From Actinomycetota bacterium (GTDB taxonomy: Bacteria; Actinomycetota; Thermoleophilia; Solirubrobacterales; JBBDJG01), in the NCBI GenBank assembly GCA_046725795.1, contig JBKOZI010000020.1, positions 1 through 45,221 on the forward strand: 45,221 bases of DNA, written 5' to 3'. This document shows positions 25,966-33,961 of the stretch, in pieces (position 1 is the first letter of the stretch; each line of letters begins with the position of its first letter). Position numbers and translations under genes: made by a program. The notes under the pieces are model-generated. The model had not been told where the DNA came from. It saw only the letters and a list, made by a program, of their open reading frames with translations, and did not search any database.

Positions 25966-26862
25966 CTTCTGCTTCTGGTCGAGCACCGGCGCGAACAGGT
26001 CGCCGTGCTGCTCGACGCGGTTGACTACTGCGTCGGCCTCGAACACGAGCGGCTCGGCCCTTCCAGTCTCCAGCGCCTCCTCGACCTCGTCCCACCCGAC
26101 AGGCATGGAGACCGTCGGGCGCTCCCGTGCCCGAAGGGAGTACACGCACACGGTGGTCTTGTGATCGTCGTTCTGGCTCCAGTCCACAAATACCTTGCCG
26201 CCTCGGATCGATTTCTTCATGCTCGACACGACCAGGTCGGGAATCTGCTTCTCGAGCAGCATCGCGATCGCGTGCGCGAAAGGCTTCGTCTCGTCGTATG
26301 TGACCGGGGTGTTCAGCGGCACGTAGACCTGGAGGCCCTTCGATCCCGAGGTCTTCGCATAGCAGTCCAGCCCGAGGCCCTTGAAGAGGTCCCGCAGCGC
26401 GATCCCGACCCGCGTGCACTCGACGATCGTGGCCGGCTCGCCGGGATCGAGGTCGAACACCAGCATCGTCGGGCGCATGATGTCCTTCGCACGCGAGAGC
26501 GACGTGTGCAGCTCCAGGTCGGCGAGGTTGGCAAGCCAGATCAGGGTCGCGAGGTCGTTCGCAAGGCAGTAGTGGATCTCGCGCTTGTTCCGCACGGTGA
26601 CGGTTTGGATCCAGTCCGGCCGGTAGGACGGACACTGCTTCTCGTAGAAGAACTGGCCCTCGACCCCGTCCGGGTAGCGCTTGAGCGTCAGCGGCCGGTC
26701 GCGCAGGTGAGGAAGCAGCGCCGGGGCGACGCGCCGGTAGTAGTCGATCACCTGGCCCTTCGTGAAGCCGACGGCCGGGTAGAAGACCTTGTCGAGGTTG
26801 GAGAGCTTGAGGCGGCGGCGGTCGACTTCCACCTCGACGGCCTTTGCGGCCTTTTGCGTCAA
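25951..26862 (-). CDS. ligD: NHEJ DNA polymerase/primase domain protein (stand-alone LigD PolDom)
   Basis: LSNLDKVFYP, RYPDGVEGQFFYEK, VFDLDPG and SGSKGLQVYVPL. The TTG start overlaps the ku stop (TTGA). Confidence 0.92.
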   Translation of the reverse strand: MTQKAAKAVEVEVDRRRLKLSNLDKVFYPAVGFTKGQVIDYYRRVAPALLPHLRDRPLTLKRYPDGVEGQFFYEKQCPSYRPDWIQTVTVRNKREIHYCLANDLATLIWLANLADLELHTSLSRAKDIMRPTMLVFDLDPGEPATIVECTRVGIALRDLFKGLGLDCYAKTSGSKGLQVYVPLNTPVTYDETKPFAHAIAMLLEKQIPDLVVSSMKKSIRGGKVFVDWSQNDDHKTTVCVYSLRARERPTVSMPVGWDEVEEALETGRAEPLVFEADAVVNRVEQHGDLFAPVLDQKQKLPKL

Positions 26863-27746
26863 GCGCGCGTCTTGGCCCTGGGCTTCTTCGTGGTCGTGCG
26901 CTTCGCGGCGGGCTTCTTCTTCGGAGCGGCCTTCTTGGCGCCGTTCGCGCCCGCGGCTACCTTCTTTCCGCCCTTGGCGGCGGAGAGGGACGCCTCGAGT
27001 GCGGCCATCAGGTCGGGCACCGCAGTCGGGGCCTCGGGCTCGGGCGTGATCGCGACCTCCTGGCCCTCGGCCTTCCGCTCGATCAGGTCGAGCACGCGCT
27101 CGCGGTACTCGTCGTGGTACTTGGTCGGCTCGAAGTCGGTCGCAAGCGACTCGATCAGCTGCCGCGCCATGTCGACTTCGCGTTCGGTTGCGCGCGTGTC
27201 CTCGTCCGGGAGCTCGTCGATGTCGTTCGGGTCGATCAGCTCGTCCGCGAACAGCATCGTCTCCATCGTGAGCACGTCGCCCGCCGGCCGGATCGCCGTC
27301 AGGTACTCCTTGGAGCGGATCACGACGCGCGCGATCGCGACTTTGTTCGTCTCCTTCAAAGCCTCGAGCAGGAGCTTGTAGGGCTTGGTCGCGCCGGTGT
27401 CGGGCGCGAGGTAGTACGGGTGCTCGTAGAAGAGCGGGTCGATCTCGTCGAGGTCGACGAAGTCCTCGATGTCGATCGTGCGCGTCTTCTTCGGGTCGAG
27501 CGCCTCGAGCTCCTCCGGCGTGATCACGACGTACCGGCCCGGGCTGATCTCGTACCCCTTGACGATCTCCTCGTAGGGAACCTCAATGTCCTCGTCCCCG
27601 CAGAACCGCTTGAGCTGGATCCGCGAGTTGTCCTTCTCGTGCAACTGGTTGAACCGCACGGTCTTCTTCGAAACCGCGCTGTAGAGCTTCACGGGCACGT
27701 TCACGAGCCCGAAGCTGATTGCGCCCCTCCAGATCGATCTAGCCAT
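26859..27746 (-). CDS. ku: Ku protein (NHEJ DNA-end binding) with a Lys-rich C-terminal tail
   Basis: MARSIWRGAISFGLVNVPVKLYSA and YYLAPD. The tail is KKVAAGANGAKKAAPKKKPAAKRTTTKKPRAK. Confidence 0.95.
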   Translation of the reverse strand: MARSIWRGAISFGLVNVPVKLYSAVSKKTVRFNQLHEKDNSRIQLKRFCGDEDIEVPYEEIVKGYEISPGRYVVITPEELEALDPKKTRTIDIEDFVDLDEIDPLFYEHPYYLAPDTGATKPYKLLLEALKETNKVAIARVVIRSKEYLTAIRPAGDVLTMETMLFADELIDPNDIDELPDEDTRATEREVDMARQLIESLATDFEPTKYHDEYRERVLDLIERKAEGQEVAITPEPEAPTAVPDLMAALEASLSAAKGGKKVAAGANGAKKAAPKKKPAAKRTTTKKPRAKTRA

Positions 27747-27817
27747 CGTTCAAGTTCACCTCTGCCTTTGGATACTTCATTAGACCTTCCTGCTGGTCTT
27801 TTCTAATCGGCATTCGT

Positions 27818-29293
27818 CTATGCATCGACGTCGCCCTCAATCCCTTCAAATATGACATCTCGCGGATCTTTGTCGTCCCTGATGCCCTTGAATGAAGGCT
27901 GCCTGAGCGTGCGGGCGCGGGTCCAGCCCCTGAATTCGACCTCGACCACCACTCGCGGCTCGACGAAGATCGTCCCCTTGGGCGGCTGGCGCCCGTCGAA
28001 GGGGCTCTTGTCCGTTCGGAGCGGCTCGAGCAGCTCCTGCAGCTCCTCGAGCATGCGCGCCGTGAATCCCGTTCCGACGTTGCCGGCGTACTTCAGGCGC
28101 TGCGGCTCTCCATGCGTCTCGACCTCGGCGGGCGTCCTGTCGTAGTAGCCGACCGCGAGGGACCCGATTCGCTCCGTGCGCGATCCCTGACCCGGGAGCC
28201 AGCCCCCCACGACGAGCTCCTGGCTCATGTGGTTCTTGATCTTCAGCCAGGCCCCGCTGCGGCTGCCCGGCTCGTACCGGCTGTCGAGTCTCTTCGCGAC
28301 CACGCCCTCGAGCCCCCGGTCGGCGCTCGCCCTCAACATCGCCTCGCCGTCGCCCACGTGGTAGCTCGGCGTGCGCCAGTTCGGGCCTTCGAGCGAGAGC
28401 TCCTCGAGCCGCCGGCGGCGCTCGGTGTAGGGCAGCGCCATCGTCAGGCGCCCTTCGAGCCAGAGCACATCGAAGATCATGTAGACGACCGGGGTGTCGG
28501 CCATGCGGCGCCGGATCGTCGCCTCGGAGGTCACGTGCATCCGCGGCTGAAGGCGCTGGAAGTCGGGACGACCCTGCTCGTCGAACGCGACGATCTCGCC
28601 GTCGAGCACGGCGCGCCGGGAGCCGAGCTCCCGCCCGAGCTTGCGCAGCTCGGGGTATTGCCTCGTGACATCGCGCAGGTTGCGGCTCTCGAGCCGGATG
28701 CGCCCCTCTTCGCAGTACGCGATCGCGCGGACCCCGTCCCACTTGACCTCGAAGCCGTAGTCCTGGTCGTTGCGCGGAAGACGGGAGAGGCGCGCCATCA
28801 TCGGGACGACGTGCTCGGGCATCGGATCCTCGCCCGGGTCCGCGGGTGGATCCATGCGGTGGATCATCCAGTTCTTGCCCTTGGTCTGGAACAGCACGTA
28901 CTTGCCCTCGAGGCGCTCGCCGTGGAAGGTCACGATCACCTCGTCGTCGCGCCACTTCTCGCACTCGTACGTGCCCTGGTCCCAGATCTTCACCTCGCCG
29001 GCCCCGTACTCGCCCTCGGGGATCTCGCCGGCGAAGTCGATGTAGTCCAGCGGATGGTCCTCGACGTGGACCGCGAGGTGGTTGCGTTTCGGATCTGTCG
29101 GGATCCCCTTGGGGATGGCCCACGACACCAGCACCCCGTCCCGCTCCAGCCTCAGGTCCCAGTGCAGGCTCCGCGCGTGGTGCTCCTGGACGACGAAGCG
29201 CTCGCCGCGCTTGCGCCGCCGGCCGTCTCCGGCCGGCTCCGCGGTCTTCCGGAAGTCTCGCTTCCGCTTGTATTCGCTTAGCTTCTGGGTCAC
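27818..29293 (-). CDS. ligD: ATP-dependent DNA ligase LigD, a fusion of the 3'-phosphoesterase and ligase domains
   Basis: The PE domain has FVVQEHHARSLHWDLRLE. The ligase has motif I EVKWDGVR and an OB domain. The GTG start overlaps the upstream stop (GTGA). Confidence 0.93.
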   Translation of the reverse strand: MTQKLSEYKRKRDFRKTAEPAGDGRRRKRGERFVVQEHHARSLHWDLRLERDGVLVSWAIPKGIPTDPKRNHLAVHVEDHPLDYIDFAGEIPEGEYGAGEVKIWDQGTYECEKWRDDEVIVTFHGERLEGKYVLFQTKGKNWMIHRMDPPADPGEDPMPEHVVPMMARLSRLPRNDQDYGFEVKWDGVRAIAYCEEGRIRLESRNLRDVTRQYPELRKLGRELGSRRAVLDGEIVAFDEQGRPDFQRLQPRMHVTSEATIRRRMADTPVVYMIFDVLWLEGRLTMALPYTERRRRLEELSLEGPNWRTPSYHVGDGEAMLRASADRGLEGVVAKRLDSRYEPGSRSGAWLKIKNHMSQELVVGGWLPGQGSRTERIGSLAVGYYDRTPAEVETHGEPQRLKYAGNVGTGFTARMLEELQELLEPLRTDKSPFDGRQPPKGTIFVEPRVVVEVEFRGWTRARTLRQPSFKGIRDDKDPRDVIFEGIEGDVDA

Positions 29294-29946
29294 CTGATCT
29301 TGAAGCTGTCGCCTCCGCTGCTCCGACCGGCGACGCGTCCCGTGGCCGCGGCGATCGCGCCCTGCGCAAGCTGACTTTCCGAGACCACGCCGATCACGTG
29401 TGCGACCACCCGCCCACGACGGTCTATGAAGTAGGTCTCCGGTATACCCGTTGCGCCGTAACTGTTCGCAATCTCGCGACCGGGCTCGCGGACGCTCGGA
29501 TAGGTGGCGCCGTGCTTACGGATGAAGGCAAGGCCGTCGCTGCGAACGTCCTGGATGTCGAGCCCGAGGAACAGCACCCCTCGGCGCCCGAGAGAGCTCC
29601 ATCCCTCCTCGAGCCGGCCTGCCTCCTCGCGGCAGGGGCTGCACCAGGAAGCCCACAGGTTGAGGACGACCGGCACCCCGCGAAGCTCGGCGAGCGACAG
29701 GCGCTTGTCCGCGATCGCGGGACCGACCGACCGCTCGATCCGCGGTGGGAGCGTGCCCCGGTCGAGCACCTCGAGGGAGAACGACGGCGCCGCGGCGGCC
29801 CGTCCGGACGCGAGCGCCTCGTCGATGCGGTCGTCCGTTCCCTTCGAGAGCAAGCCGTATGCGAGCAGCGCGAGAAACGCCGCGACGAGCACCACCACGA
29901 TCCAGCGGCCGACGTGAAAGCGGCGTCCGGCGGTTGCGAGGAGCAT
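29290..29946 (-). CDS. Membrane-anchored TlpA/ResA/DsbE-like thiol:disulfide oxidoreductase
   Basis: N-terminal TM segment WIVVVLVAAFLALLAYGLL and thioredoxin motif LWASWCSPCREE. Confidence 0.85.
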   Translation of the reverse strand: MLLATAGRRFHVGRWIVVVLVAAFLALLAYGLLSKGTDDRIDEALASGRAAAAPSFSLEVLDRGTLPPRIERSVGPAIADKRLSLAELRGVPVVLNLWASWCSPCREEAGRLEEGWSSLGRRGVLFLGLDIQDVRSDGLAFIRKHGATYPSVREPGREIANSYGATGIPETYFIDRRGRVVAHVIGVVSESQLAQGAIAAATGRVAGRSSGGDSFKIR

Positions 29947-30010
29947 GGTTCAAGGATGACGCACTTCCGTCCTGCGCCGGCCGTACGTTTGTGCGGTTCG
30001 CAGGCGAGCG

Positions 30011-30373
30011 GTGGCTATCGAACCCACATCAGGGACGCCCGCGGCGGGACCCCCCGGAACGTCGCTGCCGCCGCTCGCCCGCTGCTCTACGTGCGGATCC
30101 TCGTTCGTCCATCCCCGGGCCTGGTGCCAGCGGCCCGACGGGCGGTTGTGGCTCACGCTTCGCTGCGGCGAGTGCAGCGGCGAAACCGCGGGCGACTACG
30201 ACCCCGCGCAGGTCGCAGACTACGACCGCGAGCTTGTCGCGGCCAGGCTCGAGATTACGGCGCTGTACCGGGCGGTCGTCCGCTCGAACCTCCGCGATGA
30301 AGCGGACCGGCTGCACGTCGCACTTGCGCTCGACCTCGTGAGCGCCGACGACTTCGCTGGTTACAATCGATGA
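30011..30373 (+). CDS. Hypothetical zinc-ribbon protein
   Basis: CSTCGSS...N23...CGECSG gives a CxxC...CxxC arrangement, followed by a helical C-terminus. GTG start. Confidence 0.5.
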   Translation: MAIEPTSGTPAAGPPGTSLPPLARCSTCGSSFVHPRAWCQRPDGRLWLTLRCGECSGETAGDYDPAQVADYDRELVAARLEITALYRAVVRSNLRDEADRLHVALALDLVSADDFAGYNR

Positions 30374-30417
30374 GCGCTCCGGTGGAGCAGCTCAGATGAC
30401 TGCAGAAGAACCTTTCA

Positions 30418-31422
30418 ATGCCAATCGCCTTCCGACCACGACTGCCCCGACGGGCGCGCGCGCGGCGTGCCGCGTCCGTGGTCGCACAGGCGACTGAGCG
30501 CACCCAGCCACACGTCGAGCGGATCTCCCACGGAGGTCTGGAATGGATTCACATCGAGCAGCCGGGGCCGCTCGAGCGTGCATGGCTCGCCGAGCACTAT
30601 GACTTCCACGCGCTGGACCTCGAGGACGTCATGTCGCGCAACCAGCGGCCGAAGATCGACGAGTATCCGGACTATCTCTTCATCGTCCTGCACCTTCCGG
30701 TGTTCGACAAGCAGGTCGGTCGGCTGAACGCAGGCGAGCTCGACCTCTTCGTCGGCCAGAACTACGTCATCACGCTGCCGAACCAGCCGCTGAAGCCGGT
30801 CGAGTACCTGTTCGAGCGTTGCCGCACCAGCGAAGAGACACGCGAGCAGCTGTTCTCGAAGGGGACCGGCTACCTGCTGTACCAGATCCTCGACCAGTCC
30901 TTCGACTACTGCTTTCCGATGCTGCGCAAGATCGGGAACAAGCTCGAGCAGCTCGAGGAAGAGATCTTCAGCGGTCGCTCAGAGGAAGTGGTGCGGGACA
31001 TCTCCAACGTGAAGCAGGAGATCATCAACTTCCGCAAGACGATCAGGCCCGAGCGCACGGTGCTGCGCGACCTCGAGCGGACCAAGCAGCGCTACATGCG
31101 CGAGGACCTGGAGGTCTACTTCGACGACATCGTCGACGCCTCCGAGCGCATCTGGGACATGCTCGAGAACTACAAGGAGGTCGTCGAGGCGCTCGAGGAC
31201 ACGAACGAGTCCGTGCTGTCACACCGGGTCAACGACGTCCTGCGCGTGCTGACCGCGATCAGCGTGATCGTGCTTCCGCTCACTTTCGTCGCCAGCCTCT
31301 GGGGCATGAACGTAGGCGTCCCGGGCGAGGGCAGCGCCGCGGCGTTCTGGATCATCGTGGGCGCAATGCTGGCGATGCTGGCCGGGATGATCGGCTGGTT
31401 CCGCCATCGTGGCTTGCTGTAG
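30418..31422 (+). CDS. corA: Magnesium/cobalt transporter CorA
   Basis: The LWGMNV (GMN) motif precedes the last TM segment. Two C-terminal TM helices. 334 aa. Confidence 0.9.
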   Translation: MPIAFRPRLPRRARARRAASVVAQATERTQPHVERISHGGLEWIHIEQPGPLERAWLAEHYDFHALDLEDVMSRNQRPKIDEYPDYLFIVLHLPVFDKQVGRLNAGELDLFVGQNYVITLPNQPLKPVEYLFERCRTSEETREQLFSKGTGYLLYQILDQSFDYCFPMLRKIGNKLEQLEEEIFSGRSEEVVRDISNVKQEIINFRKTIRPERTVLRDLERTKQRYMREDLEVYFDDIVDASERIWDMLENYKEVVEALEDTNESVLSHRVNDVLRVLTAISVIVLPLTFVASLWGMNVGVPGEGSAAAFWIIVGAMLAMLAGMIGWFRHRGLL

Positions 31423-31746
31423 CTACTGCCGCTCCCGCGCGCCGGCGAGCCGCCCCTCGAGCGCCCAGTAGCGCCCGAACGCGCGCCTGGCGTGCTCGTC
31501 GGTGAGTTGGATGCAGGTTTCGGTGCGCAGCCGCGCGCCGCCCCCGGTCGGGCTCGCGCTGAGGTCCATCACCACCTTCGCGTAGCCGGGCTCGTCGAAG
31601 GCAGCGAATTGCTCGGCGGGCACTTCCCGTCCCTCCGCCGCCGGCTTCCACGGCCGGCCGACGTAGCCGAAGGCGATGTTGGCCTGGACGGCCTCCGAGT
31701 AATCGACGCTCGTCAGGAACTCGTCTACTGAAGAAAGCGCAAAAGC
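31423..31746 (-). pseudogene. Possible remnant of an SRPBCC/DUF2867-like gene
   Basis: The open frame runs from 31746, but the first start codon is GTG 31623. The frame reads ...VDEFLTSVDYSEAVQANIAFGYVGRPWKPAAEGREVPAEQFAAFDEPGYAKVVMDLSASPTGGGARLRTETCI...FGRYWALEGRL. It appears to lack the N-terminal half and the usual C-terminal end. Confidence 0.3.
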
Positions 31747-31784
31747 TCACGGGACCCACCTTCCTGAAGACACCGACACAGCCC

Positions 31785-31801
31785 CGTTCTAGAACGGTTC
31801 T
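31785..31801. promoter_or_regulatory. Overlapping perfect palindromes, CGTTCTAGAACG and AGAACGGTTCT, a candidate operator
   Basis: Read directly. Half-sites are GTTCT/AGAAC/GTTCT, then an imperfect GGAAG. It lies 20 nt upstream of the 31821 ORF. Confidence 0.3.
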
Positions 31802-31820
31802 GGAAGCCTGGATCCGGGCG

Positions 31821-32261
31821 GTGCGGCGCTTCCAGGACGGCTTCCTCGCCGCGCTTGCCATACATCCGCCCACAGAGGCGGCGGTCGCCGCGGCCCTCTG
31901 GACTCCCCGCTTCGCCGACTCGCACCCGCCGGACGCCGCGTTGCTCCTCCAGTACCGCCGCGAGGACCTCCTCCGCTCCCCGATCACCGATCTCGACCTC
32001 TTCGAGCAGGTCGAGGGGTTGAACGATCCGGTCGAGAAGGCGCTCCGGCGGCTCGCCGGCCGGCTGTACGGCGCCGTTGGCCGGGCAGGCTACGAGACCG
32101 TGACGCTCGCCGTCGTCGACCTACCGGTCGGAGCCGTGCGCAGGTACCTGAGCCGCCGAGCACCGCTGCCCGAGGCGCTCGCCACCCAACTCGAGGCAGC
32201 CGTCAGAGCGGCGCTCGCCGCCGGCCCTAAGCGCCGCCGGCGACGGCCGGGAGAATCGTGA
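31821..32261 (+). CDS. Hypothetical protein
   Basis: High GC3 is consistent with coding. I recognise no motif. The 3' end overlaps the convergent moaD-like gene by 35 nt. Confidence 0.4.
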   Translation: MRRFQDGFLAALAIHPPTEAAVAAALWTPRFADSHPPDAALLLQYRREDLLRSPITDLDLFEQVEGLNDPVEKALRRLAGRLYGAVGRAGYETVTLAVVDLPVGAVRRYLSRRAPLPEALATQLEAAVRAALAAGPKRRRRRPGES

Positions 32262-32502
32262 TCTCGTCGCCGTCGCTCACCGGCGTCTCGAGACCCTGGC
32301 CGAACCGAATGTCCTCGCCGCCCACGTAGACGTTCACGAAGCGGCGCAGCTCGCCGTCCTCGGTGATGCGGTCACGAAGGCCGTCGTAGCGCTGGTAGAG
32401 CGCGTCGAGGGCCTCCCCCACCGACGATCCCTCGACCTGCGTCTCCGCCTCGTTCCCGGTCAGGGTTCGAAGCTGGGCCGGAATCTTGATCGTCACGCCC
32501 AC
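32227..32502 (-). CDS. MoaD/ThiS-family sulfur-carrier protein (CysO/MetO-like), C-terminus ...AGGA
   Basis: TIKIPAQLRTLTGNEAETQVEGSSVGEALDAL...VNVYVGGEDIRF...VSDGDEITILPAVAGGA. The GTG start (32502 or 32496) follows AAGGAA, 10 nt after the ThrC-like stop. Confidence 0.85.
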   Translation of the reverse strand: MGVTIKIPAQLRTLTGNEAETQVEGSSVGEALDALYQRYDGLRDRITEDGELRRFVNVYVGGEDIRFGQGLETPVSDGDEITILPAVAGGA

Positions 32503-32512
32503 AGATGGTTCC

Positions 32513-33748
32513 TTAGGCGATTTGCGCGGGCTCCAGCACGGACTCCGCAAAGCTCGCCGCGCTCGGCTCGACCTGCACAACGTTGACGATGCCGCGCACC
32601 GCATCGAGCGTCTTCAGGCCTTCGCCGGTGATCACCAGCACGACGCGCTCATCGGGACCGATGTCCCCTCGCGCGGCGAGCTTGCTCAACACGGCTGTGG
32701 TCACGCCGCCTGCGGTCTCGGTGAAGATGCCCGTCGTCTCCGCGAGCAGGCGAATGCCCTCGACCACCTCCTCGTCCGTCACGGCGTCGATCGATCCGCC
32801 GGTGCGACGCGCCAGGTCGAGCGCGAACACGCCGTCGGCTGGATTCCCGATTGCAAGCGATTTTGCAATCGTCTCCGGCTTGACCGGCCGGCAGATGTCC
32901 TGGCCCGCCGCGAACGCCTGGGCGACCGGCGAGCAGCCCTCTGCCTGGGCGCCGTTGAAGGTCGGGAGGTCGCCCTCCAGGATTCCGACCTCGAGCCACT
33001 CCTCGAACCCACGAGCGATCCTCGTGAAGAGGGAGCCCGACGCGACCGGCACGACCACGCGGTCCGGCAGCTCGAACCCGAGCTGCTCGGCGATCTCGAA
33101 GCCGAGCGTCTTCGAGCCCTCGGCGTAGTAGGGGCGGAGGTTCACATTGACGAACGCCCATGGCTGCTCCGCCGACAGCTCCGTGCAGAGGCGGTTCACG
33201 TCGTCGTAGTTGCCCTCGACCGCGACGAGGCGCGTGCCGTAGACGCCGGTCGCGAGGATCTTCTGCTCCTCGAGGTCGGCGGGCACGAACACGTAGGAAT
33301 CGAGGCCGGCGGCGGCCGCATGCGCGGCGACGGCGTTCGCGAGATTCCCGGTCGAGGCGCACGCGACAACCTCGTAGCCGAGCTCCTTGGCCTTGGCGAT
33401 CGCGACGTTCACGACCCGGTCCTTGAAGGAGTGGGTGGGGTTCGCGGCGTCGTTTTTCACGTAGACCTCGCCGATGCCGAGCCGCTCGGCGAGCTGCTCC
33501 GAGCGAACGAGCGGCGTGAAGCCGGCGTCGAGCGCCGTCCTGGGACGCCGCGCGAAGGGCAGGAAGTCCGCGTAGCGCCAGATCGAGGGCGGCCCGGCTT
33601 GGATCTTTCGCCGGAGCTCAGCCGGATCGTCGAGCGCCGAATGGTCGTAGCTGACCTCGAGCGGTCCGAAGCACTGTTCGCATACGTAGCTCGCATCGAG
33701 CTCGTACGTTGAGTGGCATTCCTTACATTGCAGTGCTTCTGCGGGCAT
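32513..33748 (-). CDS. Threonine-synthase-family PLP enzyme with an N-terminal zinc ribbon (ThrC paralog / MetM-like)
   Basis: CKECHSTYELDASYVCEQC ribbon, PLP lysine motif NPTHSFKDR and ACASTGN. ATG at 33748 follows AAGGAGACAAAG. The track start at 33823 lies inside the riboswitch. Confidence 0.93.
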   Translation of the reverse strand: MPAEALQCKECHSTYELDASYVCEQCFGPLEVSYDHSALDDPAELRRKIQAGPPSIWRYADFLPFARRPRTALDAGFTPLVRSEQLAERLGIGEVYVKNDAANPTHSFKDRVVNVAIAKAKELGYEVVACASTGNLANAVAAHAAAAGLDSYVFVPADLEEQKILATGVYGTRLVAVEGNYDDVNRLCTELSAEQPWAFVNVNLRPYYAEGSKTLGFEIAEQLGFELPDRVVVPVASGSLFTRIARGFEEWLEVGILEGDLPTFNGAQAEGCSPVAQAFAAGQDICRPVKPETIAKSLAIGNPADGVFALDLARRTGGSIDAVTDEEVVEGIRLLAETTGIFTETAGGVTTAVLSKLAARGDIGPDERVVLVITGEGLKTLDAVRGIVNVVQVEPSAASFAESVLEPAQIA

Positions 33749-33765
33749 CTTTGTCTCCTTAAATG

Positions 33766-33793
33766 AAAAACCTCTGCCCGGGTGTGGCAGAGG
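33766..33793 (-). terminator. Intrinsic terminator forming the expression platform of the SAM riboswitch
   Basis: The minus strand reads CCTCTGCC-ACACCCG-GGCAGAGG followed by TTTTT, 18 nt upstream of the start codon. Confidence 0.8.
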
Positions 33794-33814
33794 TCTCATT
33801 GGGAGATGATCCCT

Positions 33815-33948
33815 CCCCCACATCTCCCAGGCTTGAACATGGAGCCTGCTGGAATTGGCACCGTTTCTCGCCGCGGGAAATTCCCTTGGCTCAGAATGGT
33901 TGCCGGGGCTTCAAAGGGCCAGTCCCTCCACCCCTCTGGATGCAAGAG
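33815..33948 (-). promoter_or_regulatory. SAM-I (S-box) riboswitch aptamer
   Basis: The minus strand reads CUCUUGCAUCCAGAGGGGUGGAGGGACUGGCCCUUUGAAGCCCCGGCAACC...GGUGCCAAUUCCAGCAGG...CCUGGGAGAUG. All conserved SAM-I cores are present: GGUGGAGGGACUGGCCC, GAAxCCCGGCAACC and GGUGCxAAUUCC. Confidence 0.9.
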
Positions 33949-33961
33949 CTATTGGCCGCGC

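Noticed and set aside
27747-27817. Weak hairpin (AGACC-N8-GGTCT) in the ligD-ku spacer as a terminator or small RNA
   Set aside because: The stem is only 5 bp and has no U-tract. The AT-richer spacer is noted under the NHEJ finding as a possible internal promoter, but the sequence alone does not support calling a discrete element.
27846-29369. 507-aa alternative-frame ORF overlapping ligD. The same applies to 4907-5830 overlapping gmk/mihF and 37837-38745 overlapping rel.
   Set aside because: The translations are Arg/Pro/Gly-rich and low-complexity. The in-frame LigD, Gmk and Rel motifs show which frame is real.
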